DNA of 58,359 nt, filler included, from Jimgerdemannia flammicorona (lineage: Eukaryota): NCBI GenBank assembly GCA_003990765.1. It is 3 parts of 3 records of this genome, joined end to end, with 100 filler letters (N's around TTAATTAATTAA, not from the genome) between each part and the next. Parts side by side here need not be neighbours in the genome. Positions count along the whole stretch, not along the records: positions 1 to 19,398 come from RBNJ01001951.1; positions 19,499 to 38,881 come from RBNJ01001952.1; 1 more part is not named here. One strand, written 5' to 3'. The notes below the pieces were generated by a model, which saw only the letters and a program-made list of their open reading frames with translations, did no database searches and was not told the DNA's origin. The translations under genes were made by a program, and so were the position numbers. This document shows, piece by piece, positions 10,948-22,744 of this stretch (its first letter is position 1; each line of letters begins with the position of its first letter).

Positions 10948-13854
10948 TACTCATACTTAGGAGGTAGAGTTATTGATTCTATCTCAAGAGATATCTGGAG
11001 GTATAGATTGTATACTCTGGTTTCTTTATTATAGTTGAAGTAGTTAGGTATAAATGTAGATTGATACTTATACTAGTAATCATTATTCCAATAGGTCTTA
11101 TAGATAGTTATAAACTATTATACGTCTATTAGTATGATTAGTAGAGTGATCAAAATTGGTAGAGATTCTTAGCTTATAAGAGAATACTTTATTAGAGTAC
11201 TGTTATATAGTTCTGGAAGGTTTTCAGGAAGTTCTGGATATTCTGAAAGATTATTATTTTGAGATCAGGTTTAATTTCATATAGAGTATATCCTCTACAC
11301 TTATTGATTTCAAGATTAGTTAACATCTCAACTAAAGTCCCTTTTACAGACTTATTCTAGATATTTAGAATTTTCTATATTTCAAGAAGTTTAAGAAATT
11401 AAGACCAGCTTAGTGGAATTAGTATATTACTGTAGATAATACCCAATTAGGAAATTTTGGAATCTAGTTTGAAGTTGGATCAAATAGAGTAAGAAGTTAC
11501 TTAAGAGTAGTTTGTAGATTATTAAATAGGTTTAATTGCTATTCATATTACTGCTATACTAAGAGTAGTGTGTAAAGGAGTATTTGTGTAGAGAAGTATT
11601 CTTGACTTACTTGTCTGTTCTGATCTGTTCTTGTCTATATTCTTGTCTATATTTCTGAAATCTGGTGGAGTAGTTATTTATACTAAAAGAAGACTATCTT
11701 GATATCCTTTGATGAGATCACTATTGACAATATCATCTCTGATAAAGTAGTCATCAAGGAAGAGTAGTTCTTGGATTACATCTCTCTATTTATTCATATA
11801 GTAATATATTGGAACTATATCACTATTCTACAGAATGGCATCATTTGTCTCATATACTAAATATAGTATTGGTGAGTGAAGAAGGGGTGTATTGTCTTCA
11901 CTTTCATTAGATTTGCCATCTGTATATCTTTAGTAGATTATAGTGCTATGAGTTGTAGAGTTGTAGTAAGCTAACAGCTGTGGTTTATTTTACTCATAGT
12001 TGAGAGGTGGAGTTGTCAGTTCAATCTCAAGAGTAGTCTAGAGGTACAGATTATGTTCCCTTGTCTCTTCATTGTAGTTGAAGTAGTTAGGCATAAATGC
12101 AGATTGTTATGCATGCTAGTGATCATTATCCCAAAGTAATTATAAACTATTATAAGTTTATCAACAAGACTAGTGGGGTGATCAGGGCTAGCAGAGATCT
12201 ATGACTGGAGGTCATATTAGTATCAGAGAGATTGTTGTCTTCTGCTTCATCATTGTCAAACTAGATTATATTTTAAATATTCTTTATAATATATCTAACT
12301 TAGAGCATTTGCAGGATATAGTTGTTAGGGTGCAGTAAGGTCTGTCTGTGGTTTGAGTATACTCAATATACTTATGGTTGAGTTCTTATACTATATTATT
12401 GATTTGGACATAGGTCAGAGTGACAATCATTTCAGTAGTAGTAGCTTAGAGAATAAGATACTGTACTTATAAACAAGTTCTTAGTATTTGTGGGTGATGA
12501 GTTTCTGGTGTTGCAACATTTTAGTAATATTTGTATCATAATAATGATTTACCATATCTTCTTGGAGGTGACCAATCTGATAGTAGCTTGAGATTTGTCT
12601 GATAGGGTAGGTCTTACTAAGTATATTCAGGACATTTTGTCAGGCTTCAACAAAATAGAGAGATGCTTGGCTATAGATATTTATGAGAGATAGAGGGGCT
12701 GTAGCTTCATTGATAATAGTATTCTAAATATCAGCATGAATGCAGTTATAGATTTTAGTTGTCATATCTGAGTATATATTTGAGAGTTGTGATTATTTGT
12801 CTGATTAGTTGTGGTTCTCTATTTTGATTTATAGGATAGTTGGTATATATTCTTCTAGGTCTGATTAGTAAGATCTTGTTTTTGTATAAATCTTATTCTA
12901 TGACTTTGAGTTGACTCAGTTTCATGATCTGTAACTTCAGTTTGACTTAGCTTTATAATCCTATATAGGATTTCTAGATTGTTCTGAGAGGGACATGTAA
13001 TTTAAATAGCTTAAAGATTGTGCACTTATATACTTAGAGGTTATCTCAGTATCAGAGGGGTTATTGTCTTCTACTTAATTATTATTAAGCTGAATTATAT
13101 CATAGATATTCTTTATAGTATATCTAATTTGAGATATTAATAAGATATGATCATCTGTACAGAAAGGGTCTGTCTGTTGTTTGGATATATCTGATATATT
13201 TCTAATTGAGTTTTTACATCATATCATTGATTTAACCATAGGTCAGAGTGATAACTATTTCAGTAATAGGGAATTAGAGATAGAGAATAAAGATACTATA
13301 CTTATAAAGAGTTGATAGTATTTGAAAGCAATAAGCTTCTAGTGTTGAGATATTTTGGTAATATCTATATTATAGTAGTAATTAACTATATCTTTCAGAA
13401 TATGGTCAATCTGATAATAGCTTATGATTTGTCTAACTTAATAGGTCTTGTTAAGTATGTTCATCAGGCTTTCATGAAATAGAGTAGTACTAGACTATTG
13501 ATATTCATTAGGAGTAAGGATTCTGTAGTCTAATTGACAATAGTATTCCAAATGTCAGTATGGATGTAATTGTAGACTTCAGTGGTTATGGCTGAGTATA
13601 TTTTTGAGAGTTATAGTTATTGTTTAGTTTGTTATAGTTCTCTGTTTTAGTATATTATATATCTGGTATATATACTTTCAATCTTGATTAGTAAGGTTCT
13701 ATTTTCATATATCATATATTCTATAACTTCAAGTTAACTTAGCCTCATAATATATGACTTTAGTTTGACTCAGCTTTGTAATCTTATATTTGATTTCTGA
13801 ATTTGTTCTATGGGTGATATATGATTTTGGTGACTTAGAGATTGTATACTTATA
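10948..13854 (-). mobile_element. Truncated LTR of family X (copy A), split by copy B
   Basis: 10948-11174 joined to 13036-13854 aligns continuously with 17231-18289 (gattcttagct|agaggttat). It ends in cttata. Confidence 0.75.
11175..13030 (-). mobile_element. Solo LTR of family X (copy B, about 1.86 kb) nested in copy A
   Basis: Ends TATAAG...CTTATA, read as mutated TGTAAG...CTTACA. Collinear with 16224-18289. Imperfect 5-bp TSD TAGCT/TACTT. Confidence 0.8.
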
Positions 13855-16753
13855 ATCAGACACACCTATACTTACAGATATACCTATGTCTAGTAGATAT
13901 ACCTGGTCACTCTCTTCTCTAAATAGCATTACTATATATTCTATAGTTAGCTACATAGTAACCCGATAGCAACTACAACTGGTTAAAATATTCTAGAGAT
14001 AAAAGTGAATAAACCTCAGTCTGAAAATTAAAGTAAAAGCTAATTTTTTAATATACTTAGAAGGAGAAATCTATCAATGAGCCACTGTTAAGAAGTTGTA
14101 AACTATTTTTTACTCTAGTTTACTTTCTAATAGAAAGTTTGATTTGCTGCCAATTTTGAGTAAAAAACTTCTCTATCATTTTTCAGAAGAAACCCACCAC
14201 TCAAAACCAGTCTAGTATAAGATACACCTTTGTAGTAAATCTATTTGTACAAATGAAGTAGTCTTTAATATAACTTTGTAAAGTCTATTATATTTTAGTA
14301 TACTTGCCAGACTAAGTCTGAAGAATATTGCCAAGTAACCTGCTATAAAAGAAAAGACCACTATTTTCAAGTAAACTACTGATTCAGGAAGAATTTACAT
14401 TATATACTAAATTACCAACTCACTGCCTAATAAGGAAGTCTTCCAGATTGCACACATAATGTCAGATCATCATATAGAAATTATATATATAAGAAACTGC
14501 TCTTATTACACAACTCACTCAAGAAGAAAACTGCTAAAATTACCAAAATATCATTACACCCAAGAATCTGCTCTAATAAGAAATTACTTCACTAGGTATT
14601 ACTTGGTTTTGGATCATTTCAGAGTTGTTTTATACTATCCTGAAAATGTTGGCATGCTTTATTTGTCTTAAATATAGTGGTTTTATATCTATGAATTCAT
14701 CTGTCTAAGACATACATATGTATTATATAAAACATAGTAATAAAATGTCCTAGCTCCCACAGAGGCCATCTCTTAGCAATTTTGAAAGCTTTGACAGTTT
14801 GCTGTTTTTTTCTCTATATCTTCCTTTACTAGTGTGATTATGAATGATGACCAAATCTAACAATAATTTTACCAGACTACTTGGGCTGAGTGCACTGAAT
14901 ACTTATAACAGATTACCAAAGCTATTGTAGTCAGCCTTTGCCCTCCTCTAGTGGATCTAAAGATCATAAACAGTAGGGAATACTGATGTATCATTGACTT
15001 CCTTTTTCTCTATCAGCAGGCTGACAAATCCCCCAACCTCAGAAATACTATCAATGTAATAGACCTCTATGATAAGGATAGTGGAGACAAGGGATTCCTC
15101 ATCACTATCAAGACAAAGGCCATTGAGTGATATCATTTCCCTTTTATATTTATAGATATAGTACCTCAGGATAGAATTGAAGTCTATCTTACCTCTGCCA
15201 ACTTCCAAAAACTCCTCTGCCATAACCCTAAGCCAAGGTGGGGTATTTTCTACACCCTCAACATCAATGAAGTCTTTGCTGATGATTTTTCCAAGATAGC
15301 TTAGAAAGCAGACAAGGTTCTTGCTGATACTCAATGAGCAATCTATAATACCCTCTGCTCAATTGCCATTATCCTCCATGCCCTCAAGTCCTGCTTAGAT
15401 GAGACTAATATCTACCATAGACTGGTCAATGATACTATCATTCCCCCCTTGGTGGAAAAACTTCAGGACTCACTCTAGATCAGTTTTTATAAGGCTGAAC
15501 ACATCTAGATCTGCTGCTACACAGACTTTACCAAGGCCACTGACTGGTCTCCTGCCCTTCTCTCTGCTTGTCATACCATGACCTCAGACTCTAAATTTGA
15601 TGGTAATCTCTTTGGCACCAACTTTATCTACTATTTTTATAATGATGCCAAACATCAGAAGTACTGCATCCTTATTTGCAATGTGGCCAAACTTAGCCAT
15701 TATATAGATACTTCTTACTATAGTTCAACTCTCTCTGGGGACTAAGGCCAGGGAAATAGGACATGGGGCAACTACTGTCCTAACTACCACCAACAATCAT
15801 CCAGCTCTCAAACCCACACTCTGAATGTCAATAGCTATAGAGGGTTCTGTGCTCCATACTCAAGATACAGTATGTCTCAATCAACCACCCAACCCTGAGC
15901 CCTTCTCTCTATCACATAATTACCCCTAAGTCACTAAATGGCATATTTAAAATAGAAGTGCGACTTACTCAGATTCCAGAGCCTACTAGGACAGCTTAGA
16001 TATAGACTGCTGGGCTATCAATATAGTCTACAGTAAGACCAGGATTAAATAGAGGAGTCTCCCAAAACCTGTCTGGACTAAACCCTGGTTTTCTTATAAG
16101 TGGGGTATATTCCAGATAGAAAAGGCCTTAGTGGATATAGCCATCACTGAATTCTAGAATAAGGATGCTATCTACACTATCTCTCTCAGAAAGCCACTTC
16201 TTTTCTAACATCTTTACCATCCCTATAAGAGGGTTACTTATAAAAGTACTATTATATAATTCTAGAGGGGTTTTCTGGAAGTTCTAGATATTCTGGAAAA
16301 CCATTTTCTTTAGGTCAAGATCAATTTCATATAGAGTACATCCTCTATGCTTATTAATTTCAAGATTAAATTAACATCTCAACCAAAGTCCTTTTTTGGA
16401 CTTGTTCTGGATGTTCAGGATTTTCTGTATTTCAGGAAGTTCAAAAAACTAAGACCAGCTTAGTTGAATTGGCATATCACTGCAGATAATACTCAATTAA
16501 GAAATTTCATAATATGGTTAGGAGTGGGATTTAACAGGATGAGAATTTACTTAAGAGTGATTGGTGGGTTATTAAATAGATTTATTTGCTATTCATAATA
16601 TTACTATACTAGGAGTAGTTGTGAAGAGATATTATGGGGAAGTGTTCAGGAGTTCTTGTGTATTTGAATTGTTCAAGTCTGTTCAAGTTTATTCAAGTCC
16701 AAGATTCTGAGATCTGGGGGAGGGAGTATTTATATCAATGAGAGACTATCTGG

Positions 16754-16931
16754 ACTATGCTAAATATAGATATAGCACTTAGTGTCTTGTTGAGTCAGAA
16801 TGCAGTCACAAAGTACAAGTGTGAACTGATATGTCAAGAGATCATCTAACTACTGAGTCAGTATATAGTTACATCATATGAGGCTAATCTAACTATATTA
16901 ATGACTGCTAAGCTATCTATAAATTTAGATG
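16754..16931. mobile_element. Small MITE-like insertion inside LTR X copy C
   Basis: Absent from copy B. Flanked by the 8-bp direct repeat CTATCTGG. Imperfect terminal inverted repeats (ctaaatatagatatagc / gctatctataaatttag). Confidence 0.6.
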
Positions 16932-17029
16932 CTATCTGGGTAGTCTTAAATGACATTATCATCAATGACCTTATCTCTGATGAAGTAGTCATTTAGAAAG
17001 AGTGGTTCTTAGATTACTTCTCTCTATTT

Positions 17030-18289
17030 ACTCAGATAATAATATATTGGGACCATGTTACTGTCTCACAGAATAGTATCATCTGTCTTATATGCTAGGT
17101 ATAGAGTTGGTAGGCAAAGGAGAGGTATATCATCTTTGCTTTCATCAGATTTGCTATCTGTGTACCTTTTATAGGTTATGGTACTATGTGTTGCTGGATT
17201 GTAATAAACTAGTGGCTGTTCTTCATATTGCTCATACTTGGGTGGTAGAGTTGTCAGTTTGATCTCAAGGGTAGTCTGGATATATAGGTTGTGTTCTTCA
17301 GTCTCTTTATTGTAGTTGAAGTAATCAGACAAGAATGTAGGTTAGTACTTATACTAGTGGTTGTTATCCCAATAGGTCTTGTAGGTGATTATGAACTATT
17401 ATAAGTTCATTGGTAAGATTGGTGGAGTAATCAGGGCTGGCAGGAATCCTTAGCTAGAGGTTATATTGGTATTAGAGGGATTGTTATCTTCTGCTTCATC
17501 ATCATCAAATCAGATTATATTATAGATATTCTTTAGAGCATATCCAACTTGGGGTATTTGCAGGATGTGGTCATTGGGGTACAGAAAGGTTCTGTCTGTA
17601 GTTTGAACATACTCAATATACTTGTAGTTGAGTTCTTATACCATATCATTGATCTGGCCATAGGACAGAATGATAACCATTTTGCTACTAGTAACTTAGA
17701 GATGGGAAATAAAGGTGCTGTACTTGTAAAAGAGTTCTTGATATTTGAAAGCAATGAGTTTCTAGTGTTGAGACATCTGGGTAATGTCTGTATCATGATA
17801 GTATTTGACTATATCTTCTAGGAGGTGGTTGATCTGGTAGTAGCTTGAGATTTGTCTGATTCAGTGGGCTTCAATGAGCATTTTCAGGGCATTTCATTGG
17901 GCTTCTACAAAGTAGAGAGTTGCCAGACTATGGATATTCATGAGGGGCAGGAGAGGTGTGACTCAGTTAACAATGGAATTCTAAATATCAGCATAGATGT
18001 AGTTATAGATCTCAGTGGTCATATTTGTGTATATGTTTAAAAGTTACAATTATTTGATTGATTTATTACAGTTCTCCATTTCAATACATCTGAGTACTCA
18101 GTATATATATGTTTGGTCATGATTGGTAAGATTCCATTTGTATAAATCTTATATTCTATAACTTCAAGTTAACTCAGCTTTGTGCTCTGTGACTTTGGTT
18201 TGACTTAGCTTTGTGATCTTACATGTGATTTCTGGATTTGTTCTGAGGGTGATATGTGATTTTGGTGACTTAGAGGTTGTATACTTATA
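17030..18289 (-). pseudogene. LTR-encoded ORF of family X, apparently homologous to the gypsy U3 ORF
   Basis: The frame runs from the first LTR base: YKYTTSKSPKSH...IYADI*NSI...SSYYQINHLL...KLIAFKYQELF...LSYGQINDM. Stops are TAA/TAG/TGA consistent with C>T or G>A changes. ORF 17066-17332 is a likely downstream part after a frameshift. Confidence 0.65.
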
Positions 18290-19398
18290 ATTCTATCAAT
18301 AAGGTCTGTGCTTACCTTGATATATGATCTCTAAACAAATTTGTATAATGACTATATCATAAGATTGAGTGCATTCAGACCCTATGCTATATGGTTTGTC
18401 TGAATGACCACCTAGTCAAGATCAACATCAAAGATGCCTATCTCTACATTACTCTTCAATCCAATGGTCAATGTTTTCTGGCATTCTGTTAATGACTGAT
18501 CAAACTGGAAGTTCTAGGCCATACTATTTGGACTATCATCTGTCTCTTAGATATAGGCAAAGATGATGGCAGCCATTCTGAAATCTCTCTGATAGCAGGG
18601 CATCTAGCTAACCTACTATATTGATGATATCTGTCTCCTGGCCTCATTCTGAGAGGAGACTCTTTGCTATGAGACTATTGTCCACTACCACCTAGAGGCA
18701 CTGAGATTTCCCCTGTACCCTATAAATTGCACTTAGGAATCCAGCCAACAATAGACCTTCTTATGGTTCCTGATTGATATTATCAAGATAGAACTACATT
18801 TACCCCTGGATAAGGTCTATAAGATTTACAAAGAAACCTCCTATTTTCTATACTGTACTGCCTTGATCTCTATATGAAGGTTGCCTCACTGGTGGGCCTA
18901 TGCAACTCTATCTCCCAGGTAGTTTTTCTGGCCAACTTCTGGATCTAGTCTCTCATCCAGAATATTCAAGAGATCCTATAGACCAATAATGATAACTAGA
19001 ATGGCCTGATATCTATCTCTCCAACTTTCCATGATGATCTACAATAGTGGTCCCTCAAATTGGCCAGGTGGAATAGCAGATCCCTTCTCTCTGAATACTC
19101 TGAAGTTATAATTGATACTAATGCAAGTAACTAAAGGTGGGGTTTCAACATTACTGCCAGCACCCCCTGGGCCATATATCAGGCAACTGGCTCCTAGACC
19201 CCTTGGAAATAGAGCCAATCAATCAACTACTGTGAGCTCAAGATAGTTCTCTTTATCTTACAGATCAATGACTATCATTGAGAGAGTCATATAGTCCTTA
19301 TCTAGACAGACAATATGATTATGAAGACTTTCATCAATAAGCAGGAGGGACTCTCTCCACCATCTGAATGATGTGGCAGCCCAGATCTATTACCTTTT

Positions 19399-19498
19399 NN
19401 NNNNNNNNNNNNNNNNNNNNNNNNNNNNNNNNNNNNNNNNNNTTAATTAATTAANNNNNNNNNNNNNNNNNNNNNNNNNNNNNNNNNNNNNNNNNNNN
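19399..19498. other. Assembly gap with artificial linker
   Basis: N-run, TTAATTAATTAA (19443-19454, stops in all six frames), N-run. Confidence 0.97.
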
Positions 19499-22400
19499 CT
19501 CGGTCAAGGTCGTGTTCTGCTTCAGAGACTCGGCTAGGGCGCGTGCCCCCTCGACGCCGATGCCGTTTTCTGAACATGAACAGGGGATGGATGAGCAAAA
19601 ATGCACAGATCGTTAGCTTGATTCCATCACGCAGCCGCACACAATGCTTCACACAGTTCCGACATACTTCTGAGATTCAGTTCGGTCAAGGTCGTGTTCT
19701 GCTTCAGAGACTCGGCTATGGCGCATGCCCCCTCGTCGCCGATGCTGTTGTCTGAACATGAACATGGGATGGATGAGCAAACATGCACACCCACTCACCA
19801 GCCTGGCCCAAAAGAATGCCAATATCAAAAATGAATGAACCTCAGTGTGCACTGTAGCAGATCGTTAACTCGATTCCATCACGCAGCCGCACACAACGCT
19901 TCACACAGTTCCGACATACCTCCGAGATTCAGCTTGGTCAAGGTCGTGTTCTGCTTCAGAAACTCGGCTAGGGCACGTGCCCCCTCTTCGCCAATCTCAT
20001 TCACTATAAAATGAACAAGGATGAGCGAACACCCACAGATCGTTAACACAGTTCCATCATGCGGCTGCACACACAGTTCTGACATACCTTCGAGATTCAG
20101 CTTGGTCATGGTCATGGTCTCCTTTAGAGACTCGGCTAAGGCGCGTGCTCCATTCTCGCGAATCTTATTCACTTTGAAACGGAGAGGAGGTGCGTGAACA
20201 CACTAATATCTTTAGCTTAATTCCATCACATAGCTATACACAATGTTTCACACAGTTATGGCATACTAGACAAACTCAGCTCGATCAAGGTCTTGTTCTG
20301 CTTCAGAAACTCGGCAAGGGCTCTGGCCTCCTCATCACCGAAGTCAGTCTCTGAAGTTGAATGATAAATGAGAAACACATGCAATATACTAAGGATTTTT
20401 TCAGGAAGCTCTCTTACATACCACTGAGATTCAGTTCTGTCAATATTGTGTTCTGTTTCAGAGACTCAGCTAAAGTACGAATAAATAGAATGCCAACAAT
20501 ATTTTCTGATATTATCAAAAATAAAAATAAAATAAAATAAAATAAACGAGTACAATTAGATATCAAGCTTGCTCCGATGTACATATTAACTTCATATAAT
20601 ATTGATAGAAATATTAACATACTGGAGAGATTGAGCTTGATCAGCTTTGTGTTCTGCTTCAGAAATGGAATGAGAATATTCACTTCTCTATCATTAATAT
20701 TTTTTCCTAAATATAACAGAATATCAGTAGATAGATATATAACATAATTAATTTCCTGCTAATATTAATTTATAATTTTTTTAATATACCAGATAAATTC
20801 AGCTCATGTGAGGTCATATTCTTTTTGAGAATTTCTGCTAAAATATCAGTCCTTTCACTACCAGTTGTACTTCCTTAAGATAAATAGATAGTTAATAAAC
20901 CATGAGCTTGATTAAATAACTTGTCTGCAAAACAATTATTCACGCAATTCTGACATACGAAATGTGTTTTGCTGAAGCTCAGTGAAGGTGCTGAACTCGT
21001 CCAAGCTAGCATATCTCTCTAAATATAAATAAACAATTAATAAATAGTTAGCTGTAAGTAATTGTGATATTCCACCATACAGTTGGCTGTCTCTCGCACC
21101 TGAATAATGCAGCATATAACAAGAACGTAAATGCCAACCAGTTGGAAATGTGAATACTGAAGTACCTAGATTTGGCTGATGACTGAGACTTTCAAGCACT
21201 GCTTTCACGTGATGTTCTGCAATTTCCTGAAGATGTTTGTTTGTATAGAATTTGCTCCTGGAATGTAAGGCGCTCTGTCCTTCGCAGAATGTGAACTTAT
21301 TGCTGGTGCTGCTGATCAGCTCTTGCTGATTGATGGCCCGTCGATTATTGATGAACGATTGCATCTCCAGCGAAAATGGGACCCTCGTAATTGCAAGTGC
21401 TCTTAATACTTGACATTCTATATCTGATGGTGAGACAGGTGGAATCGCAGCTAAACTGGTGAAATTTGCTAAACCAGCTGCATATTCGATCAACTGATTG
21501 TATACTTCATGGGCACTCGGTCGCTGGTTAGGGTCGAGTTTCCAGCAGCTCCGAAGGATATCGTTGAATGCCGCATGTGCACCAGGGATCAGTTCTTCGC
21601 GAAGGCCATCTTGTTTGGTTGATGCGATGCCATGGGGTGGAACGCCGACGACCAGCTGCCACAGCAGAGTTCCCAAACAATAGACGTCAGATTCTTTGGT
21701 ATACTTCTTGATCTTGAACATCTCTGGAGGGAGGTATTCAATCCGGCCATAGACTCCTTCTTCTGAATGGTCTTGTTCCACAGAACGGCTAAGTCCCACA
21801 TCAATCAAGAGTGTGGTTTGAGATTTGTGGAATACTACATTGCCCGCATGAAGATCCCGATGACAGAAGCCCATATCATGGAGGCTGGTCAAGCGACTGG
21901 CAAGTTTTATGGCATATGTCAAAGCAGTATACCAATCACCATCTTGTGTGCAAGGCTGCTTCTCGAGAGTGCCAATGTCAGCAAAATGCATGATCATCAG
22001 ATACTCTTTAGTAATAGGGTGTTTTGACAAAGCAACAATATTCATTGTTGGTACATTGCTGATATTATCTCCACAGTAACTCAAATAGACATTCAGCACT
22101 AACTGTGAAGGTGGAGTAAAGACAGAGCAAGGTTACTGGAAAGAAGTTGTCTGAAAAATATTATATAATTATATTACATAAACGGGAACTTGCCTCTTCA
22201 ACCATTGGCAATTTCAACTCTTTGGCAGCCACCTTGTAGTGACTGTTAGAAACCGAAACATTTGCCTGGTAAACTTTGGCAAACCCGCCTTGCGCAAGCA
22301 GTTTCAAATTTAGGAGATGCTGGGGCTGAATCCAGGCAAGGTATGGCTCCAGCTGTAACATGCTCAAGGCGGCGAGGCAGGCACGGAGTTGTAGGCCATC

Positions 22401-22657
22401 ACGGAGTTGGTCGTTAAAATCATTACGATTCTTCCATGCCGAGATTTCTGTTTGGTGGTCTCTGTGCAGTTGGTCCCAGGGCTTGAGTCGGTCCAACAGG
22501 TTCTTTCGGTGTGTGTGGGCTGACATATTCTTAGGGATATTTTTGACGTAAAAACGATTTCGGTATTTAGTCAAGACAGATCAGAGGACGCCACCGATTC
22601 TGGAGGACAGCGGTGATTGGAGGCAGGTGTTTTCTTTTGGCCAATGGAATTACCCAT
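19499..22657 (-). CDS. Multi-exon TKL-type protein kinase fused to C-terminal RNI/NLRC3-like leucine-rich repeats (3' end lost at the gap; 5' end uncertain)
   Basis: Kinase motifs LAQGGFAKVY, VAAKEL, HRDLHAGNVV, DVG, YLPPE, SDVYCLG and QRPSA. LRR exons of exactly 84 bp with AG/GT borders at 20790-20873, 20623-20706, 20422-20505, 20267-20350, 20088-20171, 19920-20003 and 19668-19751, plus a partial one at 19499-19569. Repeat unit NEIGEEGARALAEFLKQNTTLTKLNL. Confidence 0.88.
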
Positions 22658-22744
22658 TCCGAGCCTTCGGAATTAAATAACCATGAGCAGAGCACTATGC
22701 CGTGATGCCAAAACCTTAGGAGGCAGTGTGACAACTGAGATAGA

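Larger units (their letters stand above)
16224..18289 (-). mobile_element. Solo LTR of family X (copy C, 2066 bp) inserted in the DIRS RT
   Basis: Termini TATAAG/CTTATA. 5-bp TSD ATCCC (16219-16223) / ATTCT (18290-18294). The host RT continues on both sides. Confidence 0.88.
14750..19398 (+). mobile_element. DIRS-type (tyrosine-recombinase class) retrotransposon remnant: gag-like ORF, RT and RNase H; interrupted by a solo LTR and cut by the contig end
   Basis: RT N-terminus at 15970-16223 (EKALVDIAITEF.NKDAI...FSNIFTIP). It resumes at 18295 with AYLDI.SLNKFV, KINIKDAYLYI, ILFGLSSV and YYIDDICLL. RNase H motifs IIDTNAS..WG, INYCELK and TDNMIMKTFINKQ. The YR domain is not in the window and the left boundary is approximate. 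Confidence 0.85.

Noticed and set aside
19399..19498. TTAATTAATTAA palindrome between N-runs (also 38882-38981)
   Set aside because: It is an identical 100-bp artificial joiner with six-frame stops, not biological. Adjacency across it is unproven.
19499..20873. Regularly spaced repeats resembling a CRISPR array
   Set aside because: The units are 84-bp coding LRR exons with GT-AG introns, the context is eukaryotic and there are no cas genes.
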